Assembly (NCBI RefSeq): GCF_964355755.1
Contig: NC_092670.1
Location: 36,692,388-36,756,387, forward strand
Length of the DNA stretch: 64,000 bases
Origin: Antedon mediterranea
Taxonomy: Eukaryota; Animalia; Echinodermata
Direction of reading: 5' to 3'
Shown here: positions 22,749 through 33,939 of the stretch, piece after piece
Numbering within the stretch: the first letter of the stretch is position 1
How the letters are laid out: every line of letters begins with the position of its first letter
Translations under genes and position numbers: made by a program
The notes under the pieces: generated by a model
The model's database searches: none
Told to the model about the DNA's origin: nothing
What the model saw: the letters and a program-made list of their open reading frames with translations, nothing else

Positions 22749-24929
22749 ATGGCTTCAGAACAGCTGGCTACGTTTCTCGAAGATGATATTGAGCATACTA
22801 GTAGCAGGCCTAATATTGATGAGAAGGTTCTTGAGTGTGCCATATGCGAAGGAAGACTTAACAATCCTAAATACCTTAGCTGTCATCATACGTTCTGTTT
22901 AAAATGTCTCGAAGATTGGGTGAATAGAAATGGTGAATTATTATCCTGCCCAACTTGCTCCAAATCTTGTTCGATTCCAGAAGAGGGTCTGCAGAGGCTA
23001 CCGCCAAACACCTCTGTGACCGAATTATTGGAAACAATTGAACAATTCACAAATGCAGATCAGATGAGATGTGTTACTTGTGGAAAAGAAGGTCATCCTG
23101 AGAGTTACTGCCAAGATTGCAGAGAATTTCTGTGCCTCAATTGTAGTGGTCATCATAAGAACATTCGAGCCTGTAAAAATCACAAGCTGCAATCGGTGGA
23201 AGATGTCCGATCTATGAGTGTAAAAGACATCATTGCAACGTATCCACCTCTGTGTTCTATCCACAATGAATCTTTAAGTTCATTTTGCAAAATATGTAAT
23301 ATTCCCATTTGCATTCATTGTTCAATCACGAATCATAAGCAATGGGAAGAAAAGGATAAACACATGCTTCATGTAGGACTATCATCAGATGAGTTAAAAA
23401 CCCTCAAAGAAACATCAGTGGAACTGGAAAAAGCTGCTAATAAGTGTACAAGTAAATTGAATGAAAATCTTGAAGTTATTTTGGATATTGATAAGAAATT
23501 AGAAGAAAATAAAGAAAGGAGTTTGCAGGATATTGACAACCATGTAGAGGAAATGGTAGCAAGAATAAAAGAAAGTGGAGAAACGCTTAAAAAGGAAGTA
23601 AAGACAATATACAACCAGAAAAAGACAGTAACTGATTTCCAGATAGCAGAACTGACAACAGCGATATCAGATATAAATACAAACATTTGTTTGCTTCATC
23701 ACCTAAAAGAGAGTGACGGAGCAATGGCCATATCATCTGGTAATAGTATTATCAGAGCACTGGAAATGAGAATCAAAGAAGCACCAAAAACAATACCTGA
23801 TGATAATGTACAAATTAACTTTGTTAAAAACAAACAGCAAAATGCTTCATTGCAAGAGGATATCGGTAGTGTAATACAAACATCAGAAACAGCAATATCC
23901 CTTGAATTAAACGGGCCTGAGTGTGTGACAACAGATCAAGTAATTGAGGTTAAAATAATTAAAACTGCTGAATGTGATCTACATGAAAAGTATTTGGAAG
24001 CAACTTGGAGAAAGCCGTCAGGTAAAATTGAGGTTGACACAAAACAGTGTAGCTGCAGGTACATTACCAGTAATAATACGTTTAAAGGTAGATCAATAAG
24101 TGCAGGAATTTGCCAAGTCGATGTTAGTGTTGATGGTAACTACATTAAGAAATCACCAATAACAATCAAAGTAGAGAAAGTAGGTTTGATAAAAGAAGTA
24201 AGAATTTCGGCAGATAATGATAACGTCCCGGTAGATGTAGTCAGAGATGTAAATGATTGCATGCTTGTTTCATGTCGTAGTAATATAATTCATAGATACA
24301 AGCAATCGGGAGATTATGTTAGTAAGGTTACACTACCAATCGATGTAAAAGTTAACAGAATGTTTAAAATGAGGAATGGTAATATTGCATTCAGCGACTG
24401 TGGTGAAACTAAGAGCATTAAAATATGTACTATTGATGGTGAGGTTGTTAAATCAATTGGTGAGAGCAAGGTAATTAGCCCACATGGTCTTTATGTGAAT
24501 GAAAGAACCAATATTGTGTATGTATGTAATGGTCGACATTTGGTTTTGTTTGATATTAAAAGTGGCAAGACCATTTCAGAAGTCTTTATTGACAAAAAAG
24601 TTGTCACCGATCTGTGTCTTACCGAAAGAAATATTCTTCTACTGGGAGACTCTTGCATATATTGTTGTGATTATGAGGGGAAAGTCTCCAAATATAAAGA
24701 GTTTTCGTCACGGTCCACCCTACGCGGAATAGAAGTTGATGATGATGACAATTTACTAATAGCTAGTGGGTATGAAGTTGAGGTATTCAAGCGTTACAGT
24801 GGAAGATCCATAAAAAGTATTGGTAAATCTAGAGAATTAACAAATGCACAGGGCTTAGCGCTTTTATCATATTATCCACGCAGAGTTGCAGTGATCGATG
24901 ACAACAAAGTTAAAATATTTAATTATTAG
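22749..24929 (+). CDS. TRIM-NHL E3 ubiquitin ligase copy A (RING, 2 B-boxes, coiled coil, filamin-like Ig, NHL propeller; TRIM2/3/71-like architecture), 726 aa, single coding exon
   Basis: C3HC4 RING CAIC..LSCHHTFCLKC..CPTC; B-box1 CVTC..CQDCREFLCLNCSGHH; B-box2 CSIHNE..CKIC..ICIHCS..H; heptad-rich helix; VSVDG..IKKSP filamin end; NHL-like PHGLYV, RGIEVDDDDNLLIA, KVKIF. Confidence 0.92.
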   Translation: MASEQLATFLEDDIEHTSSRPNIDEKVLECAICEGRLNNPKYLSCHHTFCLKCLEDWVNRNGELLSCPTCSKSCSIPEEGLQRLPPNTSVTELLETIEQFTNADQMRCVTCGKEGHPESYCQDCREFLCLNCSGHHKNIRACKNHKLQSVEDVRSMSVKDIIATYPPLCSIHNESLSSFCKICNIPICIHCSITNHKQWEEKDKHMLHVGLSSDELKTLKETSVELEKAANKCTSKLNENLEVILDIDKKLEENKERSLQDIDNHVEEMVARIKESGETLKKEVKTIYNQKKTVTDFQIAELTTAISDINTNICLLHHLKESDGAMAISSGNSIIRALEMRIKEAPKTIPDDNVQINFVKNKQQNASLQEDIGSVIQTSETAISLELNGPECVTTDQVIEVKIIKTAECDLHEKYLEATWRKPSGKIEVDTKQCSCRYITSNNTFKGRSISAGICQVDVSVDGNYIKKSPITIKVEKVGLIKEVRISADNDNVPVDVVRDVNDCMLVSCRSNIIHRYKQSGDYVSKVTLPIDVKVNRMFKMRNGNIAFSDCGETKSIKICTIDGEVVKSIGESKVISPHGLYVNERTNIVYVCNGRHLVLFDIKSGKTISEVFIDKKVVTDLCLTERNILLLGDSCIYCCDYEGKVSKYKEFSSRSTLRGIEVDDDDNLLIASGYEVEVFKRYSGRSIKSIGKSRELTNAQGLALLSYYPRRVAVIDDNKVKIFNY

Positions 24930-25251
24930 ATTATCTTATGTAGGATAACTACTATTAAACTAACTATTCTAACTATTAAATAATAAGGAAAATTGTATAT
25001 AATGAATAGTGAATACTTAATTTTTCCTTCAGTTTTTAATTCAAATAAACGGGGTACAATATTGAGTATAAAGATAGCCAATATGAACAAACAATTGTAT
25101 TCCTTGCATTCTGAACGGATTTGATTTATTTGTTACTATAATTTGGCATTTTGTATCCTCAAGTCTAAATGATATTGTCGGTGATTAAAAGATTTACTGT
25201 ACTAGTATTTGCGGAGGCAACGAAGCTACAGAAAATACATATACTTAACTT

Positions 25252-26422
25252 AAACAAGGCCAACAGCCATTAAGTCGCGTGCTACAATGCATAGTGATAC
25301 CGGACCGACATACAGACCGATAGACCGACAGACAGACCGACAGACAGACAGACCAACCGACATAGTGAACTATACTGACCGAAATTACTAAACATGTTTA
25401 AAAATGTTGAAATGTTTAAAAACATTTATATTTTTTTAATTTACACGTGCGTAGCCTGTCACTTTCGACGTGCTCGTATAACGTAATTTCGAGTTGAAAA
25501 GTAAGTCAAGAAAACAGAAATCGGGCAAAAAGAGTGCGTAATAACATTTAACGCGCAGTGCGCGCGCAAAAATATGCGCACTCATGGCAATTTTGTAAAC
25601 GCTTAAAATTGCCTGAAATGTACTCTTATTTCATCGAAAATAAATTTTGAAAATTTTAAGCGCGCGTACGCATGCGTTACATGCGCTACGCACGTAATTG
25701 TATTGCCATATGATGATTTATGCCCTGAAATTTATGAGTACCAAATTTTATTTAATTGTGATTCATGGTTGTGAAGATATGATTACAAACGTGATTTCGT
25801 TAAATCGTGCGTAGACCGCGTAATTTTTTATTGCGCACCGTGAAAACATAACCACATTGATTCTTGGCCATAAGGAATATACTGTGAAAAATTGACCTAG
25901 CTAGATTAAACTGATATCAAGATAAGGTCAGAAAGCGATAAAACGCATAGTGATACCGGACCGACAGACAGACAGACCGACAGACAGACCGACAGACAGA
26001 CCGACCGACCGACATAGTGAACTATAGAGTCGCTTCCACGCGACTAAAAACGAGCCATCAGAATTACATGTAAAGTGCATTATCAGCATCCATCAGCAAA
26101 TTTATTTTATAACAAAAGCCTATTGAATATTTTTGACTTGTATGAGAAGTACACTGCTGTATTTATAATTATTATATCATATTAATATTAACTCCGTATG
26201 GGCAATTTAATTACCAGTTTCATTTAACTCTTTTTAGTCGCGTGGACGCGACTCAATAGTTCACTATGTCGGTCTGTCTGTCGGTCCGGTATCACTATGC
26301 GTTTTATCGCTTTTCTGTACTTTTTGAACTGTTTTGATGTACAGAAAAGTTTTAAAGTACATTACTTTTTGAAAGTCCATTTTTTTCTGAGAGCACGCGA
26401 CTTATGGCTGTTGGCCTTGTTT
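25252..26422. mobile_element. Two inverted copies of a Helentron/HINE-like element with GACA/GACC microsatellite
   Basis: 25252-26050 (aaacaaggccaacagcc...gaccgacagacag...agtcgcttccacgcgactaaaaa) and its reverse complement at 26230-26422. Related remnants at ~29450-29890, ~35440-35910 and ~43186-43296. Confidence 0.68.
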
Positions 26423-26842
26423 TACAAAAATGGAATCTGTACATGAGTATGGTACGCGGAAGAAGAGTGATTGCCGTATTGCTCTAAAAAGAACAAATAA
26501 TAGGACAGAGAAGTATTGCCTATAGAGGGGCAAATATTTGGAACCATTTGCCTGAAAACATAAAGTGTGAAACTAAAATTGGAAAATTTAGAAATTAAAT
26601 ACATCAACTAATAATAAATAAAGACTCACTCATGTAAAGTTCACTTTTTCTATGTTTACTTTTATTGTTTTATTTGCTAATTAGATACGGTATTATAGGG
26701 TAATGAGTTTAAGAGCGTCGGCTCATTGCATACCCGTTTTGTATCAAATACGTTTTCCGTTCATTTTGATTTAGAGTAATCTTATAGAAATATACTTGTA
26801 AAAGAAATACTGTATATAATTCTGTTGATACAATTAAATAAA
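26423..26842 (+). mobile_element. 3' fragment of a CR1/L2-clade (Crack-like) LINE
   Basis: Degenerate translation VHEYGTRKK...AYRGANIWNHLPENIK...KF, typical of the ORF2 C-terminus in this group, followed by an AT-rich 3' UTR. Confidence 0.6.
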
Positions 26843-26860
26843 TGGTACGTTTAGTACCAA

Positions 26861-27960
26861 CAGAAAGCTTCATTGCAAGAAGATATTGGAATGGTAATAC
26901 AGTACAAACATCGGAAGCAGCAGTATCCCTTGAGTTAGATGTACCAGAGTGTGTGACAACAGATCACGTAATCGATATTAAAATAACTAAAACTGCCGCA
27001 TGTGATTTAGTTGTGAATGATCTAGAAGCAACTTGGACACAACCTTCAGGAGAAATTAACATCGATCAAATAGAATAGGACAATGGAGATTACTATATTG
27101 GGAGAAGAAAATGCAAAATTGCAGGAGTTTGTCAGATCGATGTTAGTGTTGATGGTAAACATATTAAGAAGTCCTCAATGACTGTCAAAGTAGAACAAGT
27201 GGGGTTGATGCAAACAGTACGAATTCCGGCAGATAGTAATCGAGATTTTAAACCCGTAGATGTAGTAGAAGATGGAGATGATTGCTTACTTGTTTCATAT
27301 AAAAGTAATACAATTAATAGATATAAGCAATCAGGAGAATACGTTAATAAGATTACACTACCAAGCGATGTGAAAGTGAACAGAATGTTTAAAATGAAGA
27401 ATGGTAACGTAGCATTCAGTGACTATGGTAAAACTAAGAGCATTAAGATATGCACGATGGATGGTGAAGTTGTCAAATCAGTTGGTGAGAGTAAGCTGAA
27501 TAATCCAGAAGGTATACATGTAAATGAAGTAAGGAATACTGTGCACGTCTGTAATTTTTATAGTGTAATCAAGTTTAATATTGAAAGCGGTCAGACCATC
27601 AAAGAAGTATCTAGTGGAAATCGGTCACACGATGTTGCCCTTACAAGACAAAACATTCTTGTATCATCACAAAATCACTGCATAACAAGAGGTCGTAAAG
27701 TCATTATTAATCAGGGTAATGAAGATGGTCAGGTGATGTTCCCAAGAGGAATAGAAGTTGATGATGATGACAATATCATAGTAGCTAGTCGCCATAAACT
27801 ACAGCTCTTCAACAACTCTTGGGCATTCATTAAAAGAATTGATGACAAAGACAATGAAGAAGATGAACTAGATAATCCAACGGGATTGTCAATCATATCT
27901 TATTATCCACGAAAAGTGGCAGTGGTAAGTGGACACACGGTAAAAATATTCAATTATTAA
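26861..27960 (+). pseudogene. TRIM-NHL copy B, 5'-truncated (filamin+NHL only), nearly identical to the 3' half of copy C
   Basis: Homology to copy C starts at ~26861. It has a 5-nt insertion (gtaatacagtacaaaca vs gtaatacaaaca) and GAG>TAG at 27076-27078. A 260-aa NHL-only ORF (27178-27960) remains open. Confidence 0.88.
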
Positions 27961-30469
27961 AATAAATGCTACCAACATTGTCTGTCTTAAATTATAATAC
28001 AAACATACCAGCTTTCCTAATTGCTGAATAAAGTTATGTTATACCACAATAATGTATTTATTCTTTTAATACTGTTGGAAGCTTATCGTCAAAGAGATTC
28101 TTTTAACGTCTAATAAATACCGTTTACATTGTAATACTGTATATTGTGGTTTCTTTTAAAACGACAATTAAATAACCATACTATCAAAATGTAAGGAGAA
28201 AGAGAAGTATAGCAACCAAGCTCACTTTAAAGACTCACCAAAAAAGTAAATGAATGTAAACATCGATTTACTATAATATGTATATTTTTTATCATTGACG
28301 TCATAAAATATTGGTTAATCATTCCTTTGTACAAATCTTGAACATTAATGTATAATATAAAATATTTGGTTAGATGAACTAAAAAGCACAATGATGTCTA
28401 TTTACCTATTGTTTTTACTTATTCCTCAATTTCTGTTTTTTTTCTATTTCTAAAGTAGCATTTCAACTTTATGTTTTATTGTAAACTACTAATGTATTAC
28501 TAATTTAATATAATAGATTTGTGAACTATACAATGCGTTCTTTCAATGGTGTACAGGTTTTATTTAAATGTTGGATAAATGTAATATATACTGTACTAAC
28601 ATATAAAAACGGATGCTAATATTAAGTGTTAAAATAAACATGATTTATAATGAACATGATTAATACATATGCGCCGAAGCAGTAGATGGATGATTGGTGC
28701 CACATATTAATCATGGTATACTCGTATGCGGCGCAAGAAAATTGACGCATTTGTTAAATTTAGTTGAATATTTTTTAACCTTTAAATAAATAAATTATTC
28801 TACAGTGGTACATTGTACGATGGCCGTTAATTTCCATTATTTTGGTTTATAGTATGGGTGTATTAGTAGATATCGACCTTCTGTAACGGTCTTCAAAGTC
28901 GTAAGCTCTGTCTACACTATCAAACTTTATGTGACAAAAACATGTGATGTGCCCATATATGGACATGATGATGTAATATCACTATCATATTTGGGCACAC
29001 CATAACAGTCTGTTATGTCAGTTGTTGAGCCTGTTGTATTTAGTGTGTTTTTTAATATAGAAATAAAATAAGGTTTGGTTTATTTTGATAGAAAAGTTAA
29101 TCTAATAAAATAAGCGAACAACCTTCTACGTGTACATTTGGTTGATTTCTGTTTTTTCAATTCGATTTTTTTTGGGGGAGGCGAGTGTTTGTGCGTGTCA
29201 TACTGATCAATCCATAGTATCCCAACTTCTCATTACATAAAATGTTATTTAGCTGTTACATAGATTTCATTGAAACATAACTCATTGACCATTTTTAGAC
29301 AACCACATTCAATTACCAGCTGCTCTGGTAGCGATGATGACAAACCCACTTTTTTTTCTTCAGAGAATATAAAAACATTTTAAAGATTGTAGGGCCTAAG
29401 TGAGTGTTTTCATTCAAAGCTTAAATCCAGCATAAAACACAAATAAAAAACAAGGCCATATACATGGCTACATTCGCGTGCTCAGTTCAAAATTCAAAAA
29501 ATAATTTTAAAAAAATAAAAAAATAAAAAAACTGTTATTGTCCAATTTCATATACAATACATACAATTGGAAATGTGTCGTTTGATACACTACATACATA
29601 ACCATTATATAGAGTTATACTGTACATCATTCACGCAAAACTTGTTACAACGAAAAAATAAAAAGAGCACACGTAACTTAAACTAAAACTGATGTATTGT
29701 GTTGAGGAAAGAATAGGCGTATGGCAGAGTATTGCAAATTATTGAAGTAAATTTTTTTTTAAATGATTAGGAGCTCAATTTAAGAACGTTATATTAAACA
29801 ATTTTAAAACCGTTGTAAATCCCATGTGTAAAAAGTTTTTACCGACCAACCGACTGACATAGTGAGCTGTAGAGTCGGAATGCATCACGATTTGAGCAAG
29901 TACATCAGAGATGGTACCTAACTGCGTTAAGGTCAACAGCTCTGCACGTATTCGACAAAGCCAAATGTTCAAATGTTCAATCTTATGCAAAAGATGTTTT
30001 AATCAGCATAAATACGCAAATAGAAAATTTATATGGTGGTGGCATTTCAGTACATGTAGCGGCAGTCAACTTACCATGGTTATAAACTATATATTAGAGA
30101 TGAATTTGTGAGTAGGAAAGTAAGCAAAATGTCTTCAGCTAGTTTATCTAGTTTAATAGACACATTTTTTACCTACTACCAGTTGGCAAATGGTGGATAA
30201 TGCATCATATTAAATTTCATAATGATATAGACCTATATAATTAATTTATTATTATTATCATCATTTTAACAAAAAGAATTCAAAATGGCTTACAAGGATA
30301 CATTCGTATAAAAATAATTTTATTTATTTATTTATTGGTTGACAGATTGACTGCTGCTTTATTTAACGAGGTGGGCTGGGGCCAGCCTAGTTTAATTAAC
30401 TTATTTAGGCCTAACAGTCAATTTTATCGAATTAAATTCTATCCATTCAATGATACGGAACATTAATTT

Positions 30470-30635
30470 TCGCTCGTGCAAATCACATACGCCGCTTACG
30501 TTGGAATCATGTTTAAGCACCAAATTAAATCACAAACAAACTAAGCCTTTATTGGAATTTCCAAAACCTTTATAAACATTTTTATTGTCATAATTCTTCT
30601 TTTCAGTTGTGTCGAATAAAACTGTTTAAACCACG
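30470..30635 (+). promoter_or_regulatory. Duplicated promoter / non-coding exon 1 for TRIM copy C
   Basis: cgctcgtgcaaatcacatacgccgcttacgttggaatcatgttt... matches 22234-22377. TTGGAATTTCCAA at 30552-30564, donor acg|gtagg at 30636, acceptor cacag at 31735. Confidence 0.65.
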
Positions 30636-30686
30636 GTAGGCCTATGTTGATTTCGTATTTAATACTAGTTATTACTAAACTATTTT

Positions 30687-30717
<31 letters not shown>

Positions 30718-30992
30718 TATTGTTGTGCTAATGCTAAGATTAATAAAAAAGCAATAACACACTGTATAAGTGTGTAGGCCTACTTGGCCTCAAGTGAAAC
30801 ATTATTTAGTATAACTTCCTGGTGGCGTATAGGTGTGGCACAGGGTGTCACGAAACCTCAGATTCCCTAAGACCCCCTAAGACCTAAATAAGATCACAAA
30901 ACCTAAGACCCAAAACCTTAGATTGCCAATAGTTCCCTTTCGCACCAGCTCTAAGTGTGTTGGCCAACTTTATCCCGAACACCACACCTTAG

Positions 30993-31167
30993 CAGGGAAA
31001 AATTTCATTTTAAAATTTTGTTTAGCAATTATTGCTAAATCAAACTGTTTTTTTAGTCGATATACATAGTTTTGTATTGTCTTTTTTGCTACACAATTTT
31101 AGAAATGTGTAGCAATAAGATTGCTTTATAGCTTTTTGCTATGCTACACTGGCGAAATTATTCCCTG
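30993..31167. mobile_element. Small TIR element with 5-bp TSD in the 5' UTR intron of TRIM copy C
   Basis: cttag|cagggaaaaatttc ... gaaattattccctg|cttag. The paralogous intron of copy D (~39175) has the empty site caccttagaatt. Confidence 0.75.
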
Positions 31168-31399
31168 CTTAGAGAATTACTACTTTTATGAAGAAAGAAT
31201 CAATAAAATAACAAATTATAAATAAGATTCATTGTCTCGTTCTGCAGTACCAACAGATTTTTTTTTCTTGTTATTCATATTTTAGATTATGAAATTTATT
31301 ATTATTTTCTTCAATTCAATGCATTTCTTTTCTTTTTTATTTGTGTTTTTTTTTCCTGTTGAGGCTCGCCTAACTCAAGATGTTTCCTAACATCTTTCA

Positions 31400-31518
31400 G
31401 GGCTTTTGCCTTCATTTCAGGGCTTTTGCCTTCATTTCATGGCTTTTGCCTTCATTTCATGGCTTTTGCCTTCATGTCATGGCTTTTGCCTTCATTTCAT
31501 GGCTTTTGTCTTCATTTT
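31400..31518. repeat. 20-bp minisatellite expansion in the TRIM C 5' intron
   Basis: (ggcttttgccttcatttcat)x~6; single copy at the paralogous site ~39431. Confidence 0.9.
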
Positions 31519-31749
31519 CTGAAACATTTTTTTATATTTATAATTCTGTACCATACTGTTTCTTTGTTTTTCCTATACTATTCAGATGGTTTCGTTAAAT
31601 TTAAGAATAACATCGACAAATTCATCATATCCCCCTCAGGTCGCCTTTATGATGGTAGGAAGTGATGATTAAAAGTAGACCCATTCCACCAAGATTTTAG
31701 CCCTCTATATTATTGATTAAATTTATTATTCACAGAACACTGATTTAAA

Positions 31750-33939
31750 ATGGCTTCAGAACAACTGGATACATTTCTCGAAGATGATATTGAGCATACT
31801 AGTAGCCCTATTATTGATGAGAAGGTTCTTGAGTGTGCCATCTGCGAAGGAAGACTTAACAATCCTAAATACCTTAGCTGTCATCATACGTTCTGTTTAA
31901 AATGTCTCGATGACTGGGTGAAAAGAAATGGTGAGTTATTATCCTGCCCAACTTGTTCCAAATCGTGTTCGATTCCAGAAGAGGGTCTACAGGGGCTACC
32001 ACCAAACACTTCGTTGGCTAATTTGTTGGAAACAATTGAACAATTCACAAATGCAGATCAGATGAAATGTGTTTGCGGCAAAGAAGGCAACTCTGAAAAC
32101 TACTGCCAGAATTGCAGACAGTTTCTGTGCCTCCATTGCAGTGGTCATCATAAGAACATTAGAACATTCGAGAATCACAAGCTGCAATCAGTGGAAGATG
32201 TCCGATCTATGAGTGTAAAAGACATCATTGCAACGTATCCACCTCTGTGTTCTATCCACAATGAACCTTTAAGTTCATTTTGCAAAATATGTAATATTCC
32301 CATTTGCATTCATTGTTCAATCACGAATCATAAGCAATGGGAAGGAAAGGATAAACACATGCTTCATGTAGGCCTATCATCAGATGAATTGAAAACACTA
32401 AAGGAAACATCAGTGGAACTGGAAAAAGCTGCTAATCAGTGTACAAGTAAATTGAATGAAGATCTTAAAGTCATTTTGGATATTGATAAGAAATTAGAAG
32501 AAAATAAAGAAAGGAGTTTGCAGGATATTGACAACCATGTAGAGAAAATGGTAGCAAGAATAAAAGAAAGTGGAGAAACACTTAAAAGAGAAGTAAGGAC
32601 AATATACAACAAGAAAAAGACAATAACTGATTTCCAGATAACAGAACTGACAACAGCAATATCAGACATAAATACAGACATGTGTTTGCTTCATCACCTA
32701 GGAAAGAGTGGTGATGGAGCAACAACCATATCATCTGGTAATAGAATAAGCAGATCACTGGATAATAGGATCAAAGAAGCACCAAAAACAATACCCGATG
32801 ATGATTTAGACATAAATTTTGTTAAAAACAAAAAACAGAATGCTTCATTGCAAGAGGATATTGGAATGGTAATACAAACATCAGAAGCAGCAGTGTCTCT
32901 TGAATTAGATGTACCAGCATGTGTGACAACAGATCAAGTAATCGATGTTAAAATAACTAAAATTGCCGAATGTGATCTAGATGTAAATGATCTAGAAGCA
33001 ACTTGGAAACAACCTTCGGGCGAAATTAACATCGATCAAATAGAAGAGGACAATGGAGATTACTATATTGTGAGAAGAAAATGTAAAATTGCAGGAGTTT
33101 GTCAGATCGATGTTAGTGTTGATGGTAAACATATTAAGAAGTCCCCAATGACTGTCAAAGTAGAAGAAGTGGGGTTGATGCAAACAGTACGAATTCCGGC
33201 AGATAGTAATGGTGATTTTAAACCTGTAGATGTAGTCGAAGATGGAGATGATTGCTTACTTGTTTCATATAAAAGTAATGCAATTAATAGATATAAGCAG
33301 TCAGGAGAATACGTTAATAAGATTACACTACCAAGCGATGTGAAAGTGAACAGAATGTTTAAAATGAAGAATGGTAACGTAGCATTCAGTGACTATGGTA
33401 AAACTAAGAGCATTAAAATATGCACGATGGATGGTGAAGTTGTCAAATCAGTTGGTGAGAGTAAGCTGAATAATCCAGAAGGTATACATGTAAATGAAGT
33501 AAGGAATACTGTGCACGTCTGTAATTTTTATAGTGTAATCAAGTTTAATATTGAAAGCGGTCAGACCATCAAAGAAGTATATAATGGAAAGTGGGCATAC
33601 GACGTTGTTCTTACAAGACAAAACATTCTTGTATCATCACAGAATGACTGCATAAAACAAATAACAAGAGGTTCGAAAGTCATTATTGATGAGGGTGATG
33701 ATGATGGTCAGGTGATGTGCCCAAGAGGAATAAAAGTTGATGATGATGACAATATCATAGTAGCTAGTAATCATAAACTACAGCTCTTCAGCAACTCTGG
33801 GGAATTCATTAAAAGAATTGATGACGAAGACAATGAAGAAGATGAACTAGATAATCCAACGGGATTGTCCATCATATCTTATTATCCACGAAGAGTTGCA
33901 GTGGTAAGTGGACACACGGTAAAAATATTCAATTATTAA
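31750..33939 (+). CDS. TRIM-NHL copy C, 729 aa, single coding exon
   Basis: Intact ORF with the same RING/B-box/CC/filamin/NHL layout; NHL motifs LNNPEGIHV, CPRGIKVDDDDNIIVA, LDNPTGLSI. Confidence 0.92.
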   Translation: MASEQLDTFLEDDIEHTSSPIIDEKVLECAICEGRLNNPKYLSCHHTFCLKCLDDWVKRNGELLSCPTCSKSCSIPEEGLQGLPPNTSLANLLETIEQFTNADQMKCVCGKEGNSENYCQNCRQFLCLHCSGHHKNIRTFENHKLQSVEDVRSMSVKDIIATYPPLCSIHNEPLSSFCKICNIPICIHCSITNHKQWEGKDKHMLHVGLSSDELKTLKETSVELEKAANQCTSKLNEDLKVILDIDKKLEENKERSLQDIDNHVEKMVARIKESGETLKREVRTIYNKKKTITDFQITELTTAISDINTDMCLLHHLGKSGDGATTISSGNRISRSLDNRIKEAPKTIPDDDLDINFVKNKKQNASLQEDIGMVIQTSEAAVSLELDVPACVTTDQVIDVKITKIAECDLDVNDLEATWKQPSGEINIDQIEEDNGDYYIVRRKCKIAGVCQIDVSVDGKHIKKSPMTVKVEEVGLMQTVRIPADSNGDFKPVDVVEDGDDCLLVSYKSNAINRYKQSGEYVNKITLPSDVKVNRMFKMKNGNVAFSDYGKTKSIKICTMDGEVVKSVGESKLNNPEGIHVNEVRNTVHVCNFYSVIKFNIESGQTIKEVYNGKWAYDVVLTRQNILVSSQNDCIKQITRGSKVIIDEGDDDGQVMCPRGIKVDDDDNIIVASNHKLQLFSNSGEFIKRIDDEDNEEDELDNPTGLSIISYYPRRVAVVSGHTVKIFNY

